From Myxococcota bacterium (lineage in GTDB: Bacteria; Myxococcota_A; UBA796; SXON01), in NCBI GenBank assembly GCA_040386535.1, contig JAZKFH010000032.1, positions 240,710-304,709 of the forward strand: a stretch of DNA of 64,000 nt, written 5' to 3'. Positions within the stretch are counted from its first letter, which is position 1. Every line of letters begins with the position of its first letter. A model generated the notes under the pieces. The model was given only the letters and a program-made list of their open reading frames with translations. It searched no databases and had not been told where the DNA came from. This document shows, one piece after another, positions 40,004-49,420 of the stretch. The translations under genes and the position numbers were made by a program.

Positions 40004-41695
40004 CTACTTCATCGACGCGGCGGCCAGGACCACGAGCACCGTGAGCTCGGAGCCGTTGTGCATCCCGAGGTTCCCGTTGGCGGCGCCGACGGAGAAGTTC
40101 TTCGCGGTCGCGGGGATCCCGAGGCTCTCGAGCTTGGGCGTCTGCCCCGGGGGCACCGTGTAGATCGACCACGTCATCGCGCCGCCGATCCACCCGGCCG
40201 TCTCGAGCTCCTTGACCACCTTCGTCGCGGCGGCCAAACCCTGCTTCATCGACTTCTTGCCCGAGGCGACCTCGGCCGCGACCGCGTCGAGCTTGGACTG
40301 GACGAGCACCGCGGAGCCCGGCGCGGATGCGCCCCCGGTGAGCGCGCCGGTCACGGAGGCGACGCCGCCCGAGAGGCGCCGAAGCTCTTTGTGCGCCGCG
40401 TCGCGGGACGCGAGCGGGGCGGAGCCGGGCTCGACGACGAACGAGAGGACGGAGACGCCGCCCGGGTTCGGCGAGGGGAGCGCGCCCGCCGTCATCATCG
40501 TGGAGCTCGCGCCGAGGAGGGTCGCGCGCGAGATCGGGTGCTCCAGAGCGGTCCACGCGGCCTCGGCGGCGTCCTGGCCGTCGGTGAAGGCGGGGCCCCA
40601 CGCGCCGTGCAGCTGGCCGGGGAGCGGATCTTTCGCGGCGATCTGCTGGACGTGGCGCCACCGCGCCATCTCGCGGTCGGCCGGCGGGAGCCCCGCGAGC
40701 GCGGCCCGAAGGTCGGTCGTGCGGTCTACCCACACGAGCGGCGGGAGCTGGTAGGTGCCGCGCGCGGCGTTCACCTCGGCGAGGAAGTCCTGCTCGACCG
40801 TGCCCGTCGTGACGGCGCTCGCACTCGGCGCCGCGGGGAACGTGGTGAGCGGCTCCTGGCCGACGTAGAGGGTGAAGAAGAACGCGCTGTCGGGCAGCTG
40901 GCGCTTCTTCTGCGTGTTCATCGCGACGCGGTACACGCCCGGCTGCTGCGGGAGCGCCACCTCCACGTCGAAGTCGCCCTTGCCCGCGAGCGGGAACTCG
41001 CGCACCTCGGTGCCCGGGTAGGACACGTAGACGGCGTACTTCGTGTCGCTCGCCAGCAGCGTGCCGGGGAGCACGGCGACCGCGCCGGGCGTGTGCACGC
41101 GGGGGAAGGGCTCGAACTCGGCCGCGCCGTAGATCCCGGTGAGGATGCCGACCCAGCCGCCGTGCGCGTCGTCCCGCTCCACCGCGACGGCGACGCTGCG
41201 CAGCTCCGGGTCCTTCTCCACGAACCCCGCGACGAGCGTGCCGACCGCGGCTGGATCGAGCGTGGGCGTGAAGAACGTGCCCATGACCCGCGGCGCCGTC
41301 GCGAGCCCCATGTGTTCGGCGAGGAACCACTCCACGCGGTCCTGGGTCACGCCCTTCCGCATCAGGGAGAGCACCTGGCGGGTGTAGCGGCGCAGCCCGT
41401 CCGAGGCGGGCGGGAGCGTGGCGCCCACGGCCGCCGCCTCGATCGCGCTCTCCTCCGCGCGGGCGAAGCCGGGGGTCACCGTGGTCTGGTCGTAGGTGCG
41501 CGCGGGCGGGCCGATGGTCGCGGGCACCAGCAGCGCCGCGGCTTCGGCGGAGGTGAGCGGCGCGACGGGAAACACGTCGGCCAGGGTCACCGTCGGCGCG
41601 GCGGGGGCGGGGGCCGCCGCCGGGGCGCGCGCGGGGGCCGCGTGCGCGGGGGCGATCATCACGAGGAGCGGGAGCAACGGGAACAGGGCCAGCAT
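40004..41695 (-). CDS. Secreted protein with degenerate CAP/SCP-like domain
   Basis: Signal peptide ending AHA, AP-rich linker, FLAEVNAARGTYQLPPL and HPISRATLL resembling CAP motifs. Confidence 0.6.
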   Translation of the reverse strand: MLALFPLLPLLVMIAPAHAAPARAPAAAPAPAAPTVTLADVFPVAPLTSAEAAALLVPATIGPPARTYDQTTVTPGFARAEESAIEAAAVGATLPPASDGLRRYTRQVLSLMRKGVTQDRVEWFLAEHMGLATAPRVMGTFFTPTLDPAAVGTLVAGFVEKDPELRSVAVAVERDDAHGGWVGILTGIYGAAEFEPFPRVHTPGAVAVLPGTLLASDTKYAVYVSYPGTEVREFPLAGKGDFDVEVALPQQPGVYRVAMNTQKKRQLPDSAFFFTLYVGQEPLTTFPAAPSASAVTTGTVEQDFLAEVNAARGTYQLPPLVWVDRTTDLRAALAGLPPADREMARWRHVQQIAAKDPLPGQLHGAWGPAFTDGQDAAEAAWTALEHPISRATLLGASSTMMTAGALPSPNPGGVSVLSFVVEPGSAPLASRDAAHKELRRLSGGVASVTGALTGGASAPGSAVLVQSKLDAVAAEVASGKKSMKQGLAAATKVVKELETAGWIGGAMTWSIYTVPPGQTPKLESLGIPATAKNFSVGAANGNLGMHNGSELTVLVVLAAASMK

Positions 41696-41771
41696 CGATG
41701 CCTCGGTCAGGGCGGTTCGGATATCCCGACGGCCCGCGGGCGGAGAGGCGCGATCAGGGTACGTGCCCCCC

Positions 41772-42368
41772 ATGACCGACCTCTCCCACATCGCCCCCAC
41801 CCTGCACGCGCGCGCCGACGGCCGCTGCGAGCTCTGCGGCGCCACCGACGATCTCGCCGTGCACCTCGTCCCGCCCGTCACCGAGGCCGTTGCCGACCGG
41901 GCGGTGCTCGTGTGTGGCACCTGCCGCGGGCCGCTCACCGGGGGCCCCGACGTCGACCCGAAGCACTGGTACGGCCTCCGCGAGGCCATCTGGACCGAGG
42001 TGCCGGCCGTGCAGGTGACCGCGTGGCGCCTCCTCGCCGGCTTGCGGGAGGAGACGTGGGCCCGCGATCTGCTCGACCAGGTCTACCTCGACGAGGAGAT
42101 GCTCTCGTGGGCCCGCGCGGGGATGGACGTCCCGGTGGAGGGCGAGGTGGCGGGCCCCACCGTCGTCGACAGCAACGGCGCCCTGCTCGCGGACGGTGAC
42201 GCGGTCACCCTCATCAAGGACCTCGACGTGAAGGGCGCCAACTTCACCGCGAAGCGCGGCACCGTCGTGAAGGGGATCCGCCTCGGAGACGACCCCGCAC
42301 TGGTCGAGGGCCGCGTGAACGGCATCGTGATCTTCCTCAAGACGTGCTTCCTGAAGAAGGTGTTGTAG
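41772..42368 (+). CDS. PhnA/YjdM-family zinc-ribbon protein
   Basis: CELC...CGTC and DSNGALLADGDAVTLIKDLDVKGA...KRGTVVKGIRL. Confidence 0.9.
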   Translation: MTDLSHIAPTLHARADGRCELCGATDDLAVHLVPPVTEAVADRAVLVCGTCRGPLTGGPDVDPKHWYGLREAIWTEVPAVQVTAWRLLAGLREETWARDLLDQVYLDEEMLSWARAGMDVPVEGEVAGPTVVDSNGALLADGDAVTLIKDLDVKGANFTAKRGTVVKGIRLGDDPALVEGRVNGIVIFLKTCFLKKVL

Positions 42369-43341
42369 AGGCCCCCACGTCGACGACGAACAGCTGCAGG
42401 TTCGCGACGGCCACGCGCTCGTTGCGGGGGGAGCTGGCGACGAGCCCGCGGAGCTCGCGGAAGTAGCGGAGGTGGAGCTCTCGGAGCGCCGCCAGCGTGG
42501 CCTCGTCGGTGCTGAAGACGAGGTAGGCGAACTGCCCCTCGCCGCCCGCGCGGATGCGCTCCGCGGCCGCCTCCGTCCAGAACCCGCGGGACACCGCGCC
42601 GGCCCTCGGGTCCCCCCGCGTCGTGTCCACGGAGCGCTCGCGGTCGACCACCCACCGCTCGCGCGCCCACCGGATGACACCGGCGGCGGCGAGGTCGCGG
42701 AGGGTGCGCTCCTCGTCCTCGCGGCTGATCCCGAGCCGCTCCGCGATCCACCCCGGGCGGTGGCGGCGCAGGCGCGCGTAGCCGGCCAGCTCGAGAAAAC
42801 GCGGCACCACCTCCGAGAGCGGGTTCTCGAACGCGAGGCGGCGCGCGGCCTCGAGGCGCTCCCACTCGGCCTGGGCGACGGGGATCGTGGTGAGATCGAC
42901 GAGGCCGCTCAACAGGTTGAGGAGGCGTCGCGACGCGGCCTGCACGAGGCGGAAGAAGACCGGCAGCCGCGGCTCGACGTGCCCGGCGAGGATGCGGCTG
43001 ATCGTGGAGCGGGAGAGCTCGGCCGCGGCGGCGAGGTGCTCCATCGGCACCGATCCGCGCAGCTCGCGCAGCAGCGCCGCCACGAAGGCGGGGCTCGTGG
43101 AATCGAGGTCGGCGAGCGACTCGGGGAGCGCCCGCCCGAAGAACGGCACGAGGGCGGCGCGCACGTCGAGGTGGGTGACCGCGGCGGCGCGCAACATCTC
43201 CGCGGCCGTCGGCGCGCGGCGCCCCGCCTCCCACGCGTAGGCCACGTTCGTCGTGTAGCCGAGGCGTCGGCTGAAGGCGGTCTGTGAGCGCTGGCCGCGC
43301 AGGGCGCGCATCACGCCGCACGCCAGCGCCTCGAAGTCCAT
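42337..43341 (-). CDS. Double-HTH regulator with DUF4423-like C-terminus
   Basis: Two XRE-like HTHs (SQTAFSRRLG..WEAGRR; LAAAAELSRSTISR), WIAERLGIS, terminal NLQLF. Start may be 43353. Confidence 0.7.
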   Translation of the reverse strand: MDFEALACGVMRALRGQRSQTAFSRRLGYTTNVAYAWEAGRRAPTAAEMLRAAAVTHLDVRAALVPFFGRALPESLADLDSTSPAFVAALLRELRGSVPMEHLAAAAELSRSTISRILAGHVEPRLPVFFRLVQAASRRLLNLLSGLVDLTTIPVAQAEWERLEAARRLAFENPLSEVVPRFLELAGYARLRRHRPGWIAERLGISREDEERTLRDLAAAGVIRWARERWVVDRERSVDTTRGDPRAGAVSRGFWTEAAAERIRAGGEGQFAYLVFSTDEATLAALRELHLRYFRELRGLVASSPRNERVAVANLQLFVVDVGASTTPSSGSTS

Positions 43342-43471
43342 GTGGGGATCCATCCGTCAGATATGCACGGAGGAATGCATCCGCGCCAGCCAATTTGTGC
43401 ATGGCTGCCATGGAAGGTGCGGGGGGCTCGCCATAGGGCTGACACACCAATCGAAGCCCGCGAGGTTCCCG

Positions 43472-45763
43472 ATGCCCATCCTCCGCCGTTTCCCGCTCCT
43501 CGCCCTGCTCGCCGCTTGCCAGGGCAAGGACGACGTCGTCGATACGGCGCCGGACGCCGAGGTGCCGGCGTGTTCTCCCGCGTTCGACGCTGCGGACCTC
43601 ACCGGCGGCACCTGGGACCCGCGCTTCACCGTCGCGGGCTTCACCGGCCACGACGGCCTCGCGCCGAGCGTGTACGACTTCGCCGTCGACGTCGACGGGA
43701 GCCTCGTCGCCACGGGCCGCTTCCAGTGGCTCGGCAGCGACGCGATCGAGCCGCTCGCCCGCTGGCGGGACGGCGCCTGGGCGCCCGCGCGCACCGAGTG
43801 GGAGCTCACCCCCGAGCTGACTGGCTTCTCGGCCATCGCCATCGCGGACGACGGCGCGCTCGCGCTCGTCACCTACGACACGTACGGCGATCGCTTTGGC
43901 GAGATCTGGGTCGACGACGGCACGGGGCTCCGTTCGATCGGCGCCTTCGAGGGCCTGGTGCGCAGCGTCGCGTGGTTCGACGGCAAGCTCTGGGTGGCCG
44001 GGTTGTACGCCCTCGACATGGGCACGGTGTCGCCCCCGATCGAGGGCCTCGCGACGTGGGACGGCGAGGTGTGGTCGGCCGCGCCCGGCGGGGCCCTGGT
44101 CGGCTCCGCGTTCGAGCTCGCTGTCGATGGAGACGAGCTGCTCGTCGGCGGCGCGTTCACCGAGGTCGGCGGCGTGGCTGCCGCCAACGTCGCCGCCTAC
44201 GCGCCCCTCGCCGACGGCGGCGCCACGTGGCGCGCGTTCGACTTCGCGTCCGCGCTCGTCGTCTACGCCCTGACGCGCGGCGACGACGGCGAGCTGTACG
44301 CCGGCGGCGCGCTCGGCGGCAACGAGTCGGGCGCGGGCGGCGTGTCCCGCTGGGACGGCGCGGCCTGGCAGATCGTGGGCGGCGGCTTCTCGATGTACTC
44401 CTGGCCCGGCGTCGTGACCGACCTGGCCGTGCACGAGGGCGCGCTCCACGCCACCGGCTGCTTTGCCGGCGTCGGCGGCCCCGACGGGGGCCCGGACAGC
44501 ACGCCCGCCCGCTCCCTGGTCCGCCTGGACGGCACGAGCTGGACCCCCCTGGACGACGGGAGCGCCGGTGTGCTCGGCCCCTGGCTCGAGCCCGCGGTGT
44601 GTGGCGACGAGGGCCTCACGGCGGTGTGGGACGTGTCCCAGCAGCGGCTCGCGAGCGCGGGCGACACGATCTTCCTCGGCGGCTCGTTCCCCGGCGCGGG
44701 CGGCGTGCTCTCCCAGTCGATCGTCGGGTACACGAACGACGCGTGGGTGCCCCAGGGCACCGACGGGCTCGGCCTCGGCGGCTCGGTGGAGCGGCTCGCG
44801 GCCTCCGGCGCGGGTTGTGACCTGTACGCCCTGGGCCTGTTCACCCACGCGGGCGGCGTCCCGACCACCGCGAGCCTCCTCCACCTCGGCGACGCCGGTT
44901 GGGAGCCCATCGACGACACGATCCCCGCGGACGCGTGGTGCCCCGCGCTCGCCGCGAGTGACGACGGCGACGTGGTCGTGGGGTGTATGGAGTTCCCGCC
45001 CGAGGGCGGCGACGCGGTGGGGCGGATCTACCGCAAGGTGGGCGCGCGCCTGGAGCCGGTCGAGGCGAGCCTCGGCCCGATCTTCACCCTGGTCTACGAC
45101 CTCGACGGCGCCCTGTGGATCGGCGGCGGCGCGACGACCGGCTACCTCGCGCGGCTCGACGGCGACACGCTCACCGTGGTGGAGGACAGCTTCGATGGCC
45201 CCCTCACCCGAATCGACGTGCGTGGCGACGACGACGTGCTCGTCGGCGGCACCTTCACCACGGTCGGCGGGGTAGACGCCGCGCGGATCGCGCTGTGGGA
45301 CGGCACGAGCTGGTCGGCCCTCGGCGACGGCGCGCCCGGCATGGTGACCGCGCTCGCCCGCGACGCGACGAACGTGTACGTGAGCACCTACGACGAGGGT
45401 AACGGCGCCCTCCTGCTCGGCGCGTACGACGGCACCACGTGGACCGAGCTCGCGACGGCGGACGCCGGCCTCACGCCGCAGAGCTACTTCAACTTCAACG
45501 ACATCCAGCCGATCGACGGCGCCCTGCTCCTGGTCGGCGCGGCCGAGCTCGACGGGGCGATCGACGGGAACGCAGCGCGCGGCGCCCTGGTCTACCAGGA
45601 CGGCGCGTTCGCCCCCCTCGGCGGCGCGGTGCGGGCGATGGGCGTGTCCGATCTGCTGGTGACCGCCGACTCGGTGTGGTTCGCGGGCTCCATCGCGGAG
45701 GTGGGCGAGGGCCCCACGCTCGCGCCCTCGGTCGGGATCGCGCGGTACATCGTCACGCACTGA
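43472..45763 (+). CDS. Lipoprotein with beta-propeller repeats (GGxFT...A.WDG..W type)
   Basis: Lipobox LALLAAC and more than ten repeats such as VGGAFTEVGGVAAANVAAY and VGGTFTTVGGVDAARIALWDG. Confidence 0.8.
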   Translation: MPILRRFPLLALLAACQGKDDVVDTAPDAEVPACSPAFDAADLTGGTWDPRFTVAGFTGHDGLAPSVYDFAVDVDGSLVATGRFQWLGSDAIEPLARWRDGAWAPARTEWELTPELTGFSAIAIADDGALALVTYDTYGDRFGEIWVDDGTGLRSIGAFEGLVRSVAWFDGKLWVAGLYALDMGTVSPPIEGLATWDGEVWSAAPGGALVGSAFELAVDGDELLVGGAFTEVGGVAAANVAAYAPLADGGATWRAFDFASALVVYALTRGDDGELYAGGALGGNESGAGGVSRWDGAAWQIVGGGFSMYSWPGVVTDLAVHEGALHATGCFAGVGGPDGGPDSTPARSLVRLDGTSWTPLDDGSAGVLGPWLEPAVCGDEGLTAVWDVSQQRLASAGDTIFLGGSFPGAGGVLSQSIVGYTNDAWVPQGTDGLGLGGSVERLAASGAGCDLYALGLFTHAGGVPTTASLLHLGDAGWEPIDDTIPADAWCPALAASDDGDVVVGCMEFPPEGGDAVGRIYRKVGARLEPVEASLGPIFTLVYDLDGALWIGGGATTGYLARLDGDTLTVVEDSFDGPLTRIDVRGDDDVLVGGTFTTVGGVDAARIALWDGTSWSALGDGAPGMVTALARDATNVYVSTYDEGNGALLLGAYDGTTWTELATADAGLTPQSYFNFNDIQPIDGALLLVGAAELDGAIDGNAARGALVYQDGAFAPLGGAVRAMGVSDLLVTADSVWFAGSIAEVGEGPTLAPSVGIARYIVTH

Positions 45764-45797
45764 CCGGGGGGCGATCGCGGGCGCGTTAGGCGCTCGG

Positions 45798-46649
45798 GTG
45801 GCGATCGAGATCCTCCGCGGCGACAACCTGGACGTGCTCCCCGCGCTTCCCGACGCCTCGTTCCATCTCATCTACATCGATCCGCCGTTCAACACCGGCC
45901 ACAAGCAGGCGCGCACCCGGCTCAAGACGGTGCGCGATCCCGAGGGCGATCGCACCGGGTACCACGGCGAGCGCTACCGCACGCTGAAGATCGGGCAGCA
46001 GTCCTTCGGCGACTCGTTCGACGACTACCTGGGTTTTCTCGAGCCCCGGCTCGTCGAGGCGCGGCGGCTGCTCACCCCCACGGGCAGCCTGTTCCTGCAC
46101 CTCGACTACCGCGAGGTGCACTACGCCAAGGTGTTGCTCGACCAACTGTTCGGCCGCGCCTCCTTCATCAACGAGATCATCTGGTCGTACGACTACGGCG
46201 CGCGCGCCACGCGCAAGTGGTCGTCCAAACACGACAACATCCTCTGGTACGCCAAGGATCCCAAGCGGTACACGTATCGTTACGACGACATCGATCGCAT
46301 CCCCTACATGGCGCCGGATCTCGTGGGCCCCAAGAAGGCCGCGCGTGGCAAGACCCCGACGGACTGCTGGTGGAACACGATCGTGAGCCCCGGCGGCAAG
46401 GAGCGCACCGGCTACCCGACGCAGAAGCCCCTCGCGATCCTCAACCGCATCGTGCGCGTGCACAGCAACCCGGGCGACCGCCTGCTCGACTTTTTCGCCG
46501 GGAGCGGCACCCTGGGCGAGGCCGCGGCGCTGGCCGGCCGCGACGCCGTGCTGGTCGACAGCAGCGAGGACGCCGTCGTCGTCATGCGCAAGCGCCTGGA
46601 GCGGTTCCTGGCGCCCGCGCCCGACATGCCCTCCGCGCCCCCCCCTTGA
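45798..46649 (+). CDS. Orphan DNA amino-methyltransferase (N4/N6 family, beta order)
   Basis: IYIDPPFN (motif IV) precedes YPTQKP and LDFFAGSGT (motif I). Confidence 0.92.
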   Translation: MAIEILRGDNLDVLPALPDASFHLIYIDPPFNTGHKQARTRLKTVRDPEGDRTGYHGERYRTLKIGQQSFGDSFDDYLGFLEPRLVEARRLLTPTGSLFLHLDYREVHYAKVLLDQLFGRASFINEIIWSYDYGARATRKWSSKHDNILWYAKDPKRYTYRYDDIDRIPYMAPDLVGPKKAARGKTPTDCWWNTIVSPGGKERTGYPTQKPLAILNRIVRVHSNPGDRLLDFFAGSGTLGEAAALAGRDAVLVDSSEDAVVVMRKRLERFLAPAPDMPSAPPP

Positions 46650-46781
46650 CGCCGCCCGACTGACGAACGTCCGCCGACGGGTGTCGGACGTCCGTCACCA
46701 CCTGGCCACCCCCGCACGGGCCAACGCCGACAACTCGGTGGCATGCGACGTGCCAGGGCGGTCGGCGAACCCGAGGTCATC

Positions 46782-47195
46782 ATGTCAATCGAACTGCTGG
46801 AAGTCTCCTGGCGCGTCGGCGCCGACCGTTTCTCGTTCGTGCTCACGCCCGACGGCACCCCCCACCTCACCGGCCCCGGCGTCCGGGAGCTCACCGACGC
46901 GGCCGAGCCCACCGCCCGCCCCGCGCCCACCGGGCCGGCCCGCCGGGGCAAGGCGTGGTCGGACGACGAGGAGGCGCAGCTCCGCGAGCGCTTCACGCAG
47001 GGGGACACGCCCTCCGCCATCGCCACCGCGCTCGGCCGCACGTCGGGATCCGTGCGCGCGCGCCTCGTGCGGCTGGGGCTGCTCGACGAGGAGGCGGCGG
47101 GCCTGCGGTACCCGGTGGCGCGGGGTGGGGCGGCGGCGCCCACGCCGAGCGGCGAAGCGGGCGCCGACGGCCAATCCGGCGGCGAGCCCGAGTAG
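46782..47195 (+). CDS. Small protein with Myb-like/HTH domain
   Basis: GKAWSDDEEAQL...IATALGRTSGSVRARLVRLGL. GAGG before the ATG. Confidence 0.7.
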   Translation: MSIELLEVSWRVGADRFSFVLTPDGTPHLTGPGVRELTDAAEPTARPAPTGPARRGKAWSDDEEAQLRERFTQGDTPSAIATALGRTSGSVRARLVRLGLLDEEAAGLRYPVARGGAAAPTPSGEAGADGQSGGEPE

Positions 47196-47624
47196 CTACG
47201 GCACCCTACCCGAGCCCGTGACGCCGACCGCGGCCTCCGGCTCGTCGGGATCGTTGCTCCCGACGAGCACTTCGGACGTGTACGTGCCGGCGTCGGCGGG
47301 CGTGAACGTGACCATCAGGGTCACCTCCTCGCCGGGCGGCACGACCGCGGCGCTGATCGACGAGAGTGTGTAGATCGACGCGAGGTCGATGTCTGCGAGC
47401 GCGATGCTGCTGATCTGCAAGTCTCCGGTGCCGACGTTGCCGATCGCCACCGTCGCGACCTCGCTGAACCCCACCTCCAGGGAGCCGAAGTCGAGCACGT
47501 CCGGGTCGAGGACGATGTCCGGCGCGCCGCTGTCGGTGTCGGCGGTGTCCGCGGCGCCGGTGTCGGACTTGTCGACACCGCCGGTGCACGCGAGGAGGAA
47601 GGTGAGGAGGGGCACGCAGCGCAT
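47196..47624 (-). CDS. Lipoprotein with single Ig-like (ASH/choice-of-anchor D-like) domain
   Basis: Lipobox FLLAC, LDFG...IGNVGTGDLQI...VTFTP...SNDPDEP. Confidence 0.8.
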   Translation of the reverse strand: MRCVPLLTFLLACTGGVDKSDTGAADTADTDSGAPDIVLDPDVLDFGSLEVGFSEVATVAIGNVGTGDLQISSIALADIDLASIYTLSSISAAVVPPGEEVTLMVTFTPADAGTYTSEVLVGSNDPDEPEAAVGVTGSGRVP

Positions 47625-47712
47625 CCACACATCGTAACCGCGTGCCAACCTGCGCTCGATCGCCCGCCGCCCGTTCACAACCTGGAGCGGCACCGATTAA
47701 CCCTCACGGACC

Positions 47713-49011
47713 ATGCAGAACTACACCTCGGCATCGCGCACGTCGAAGTCCGGGTCTGAGGTCGCCGCGTCCGCGCAGGCGCCGAAGACCCCCCAGGACA
47801 AGGTCGGCAACGAGACGCTCTCGCAGCGCCTGGCCCTCCAGAGTGTCGAGCCCGCCGCGCTCCCCGAGGTGGGCGTCGGGGAGACCGAGTGCCACGACTA
47901 CGTGGTCCTGGCGCGCGGAAATGACGCCACGGCCGGCAGCCTGACGATGCACGCGGCGCGGGTGAGCGTGTGCGCCAGCGTCTGGGAGCACGCGCTCGAG
48001 GCGGGCGCGGTCCGCCTCGCGACGGACAAGGGCGTCAACGTGGTCGAGCTCATCTGGCCCGGGGAGTGGGGCAGCTCGCCGAAGACCCGCACCGTCGGCC
48101 AGTCCCTCCAGCCCATCGACGCGCGGCTCGCCGTCGACACGGCGCGGGAGAGCAAGGGCTGGAGCAAGGCGACGAGCAGCGGCGCCGTCGAGAACCTGCT
48201 GGCCGGGGAGACCAACCAGCTGTCGGCGGCGGCCATCGGCTCGTTCCGAGGAGACGTTTCGTCCGGGGCGTTCAAGGGCAAGTCCGACACCGACCAGGCC
48301 ACGTTCCTCGACGGGTTGTTGGCGAGCGACGCGGCGCGCACGGCCGTCGTGGCGGAGCCCGTCTCCGCGACCGCGAAGAAGGTGACGCGCGGCGGGCCGA
48401 CCCTGGAGAAGGACCACGACTTCGAAGGCGACAAGGCGGACGCGAACGTCTACACCCTCACCTTCGAGGACGCGCAGGTCATCAAGGTGTACGTGCCCGC
48501 CACCATGGATCCGAAGATGGCGTGGCACTCGATCGATCAGATCGAGGAGGCCGTGTCCAAGCTGCCCGATGCCAGCCGGAAGGTCGCGTCGGCCGTGACG
48601 ATGAACACCATCGAGAACCCGGACGACGCCCACTGGGCGGTCGCCTACAACACGCCCGACTTCCACTCGTACATGACCGCGGGCGAGGACGGCAGTGTCA
48701 CGATCTACCCGGACGACACCGGGAAGATGCCGTCGCAGGACTACATGAACGGCACGATGATCCACGAGACCGGCCACACCTGGGCCTACAAGCAGTGGGG
48801 CACCGACAACACCAAGGGCGGCTGGGTGAAATGGCAGGCCGCGATGGACTCGGACAAGGCGTCCCCGTCCAACTACGCCACCAACGCCATCGAGGAGGAT
48901 GTCGCCGAGGCGATCCAACTGTACGGCTCCACCAAGGGGAAGCCGACGTACGACGAGTACAAGGCCATCCTCCCCGCTCGCTTCGCCATCCTGGAAGCGG
49001 AGATGAAGTGA
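47713..49011 (+). CDS. Zincin metallopeptidase-domain protein, putative effector
   Basis: IHETGH with downstream SNYA...EEDVAE third-ligand motif, no Sec signal, N-terminal QDKVGNETLSQRL. Confidence 0.8.
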   Translation: MQNYTSASRTSKSGSEVAASAQAPKTPQDKVGNETLSQRLALQSVEPAALPEVGVGETECHDYVVLARGNDATAGSLTMHAARVSVCASVWEHALEAGAVRLATDKGVNVVELIWPGEWGSSPKTRTVGQSLQPIDARLAVDTARESKGWSKATSSGAVENLLAGETNQLSAAAIGSFRGDVSSGAFKGKSDTDQATFLDGLLASDAARTAVVAEPVSATAKKVTRGGPTLEKDHDFEGDKADANVYTLTFEDAQVIKVYVPATMDPKMAWHSIDQIEEAVSKLPDASRKVASAVTMNTIENPDDAHWAVAYNTPDFHSYMTAGEDGSVTIYPDDTGKMPSQDYMNGTMIHETGHTWAYKQWGTDNTKGGWVKWQAAMDSDKASPSNYATNAIEEDVAEAIQLYGSTKGKPTYDEYKAILPARFAILEAEMK

Positions 49012-49382
49012 CCGGGAGCCTGCTCGCCCTCTGGGTGGCCCTCGGCGTCGGTTGTGTCCGCGCCGAGCCCGCCGCGCCAACGGCACCGGCCTCCACGGTC
49101 GCTCCGGCCCCGTCTCCCTCTCCCCTCCCCGCTCCCCCCGCCGCCCCCCGAGAAACCGTGACCCATCCTGGCACCGTGACGTTCCTCGACCCCGACGGCT
49201 CCACGCGTGAACAGAACGCGGCCGATCTGCCCCCCACCATCGCCTGGTACACCGCCGCCGACGGCACCCGCACCCCCTGCGTGCGCGTCGAGGCCTCCCG
49301 CCGCGGCACGGCCCTGGAGATCAAGCGCTTCGCGGCGGACGGCGCGCTGCTCGACACGACGATCTCCTCTCCGCGGCGGTGA
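49008..49382 (+). CDS. Small lipoprotein, candidate inhibitor/immunity partner
   Basis: GTGA overlap with the peptidase stop, lipobox LGVGC, Pro/Ala linker, small beta domain. Confidence 0.65.
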   Translation: MTGSLLALWVALGVGCVRAEPAAPTAPASTVAPAPSPSPLPAPPAAPRETVTHPGTVTFLDPDGSTREQNAADLPPTIAWYTAADGTRTPCVRVEASRRGTALEIKRFAADGALLDTTISSPRR

Positions 49383-49420
49383 GGGCGCGGCGGTAGCCTC
49401 GGCGGGGAGGATCCCCCGCT

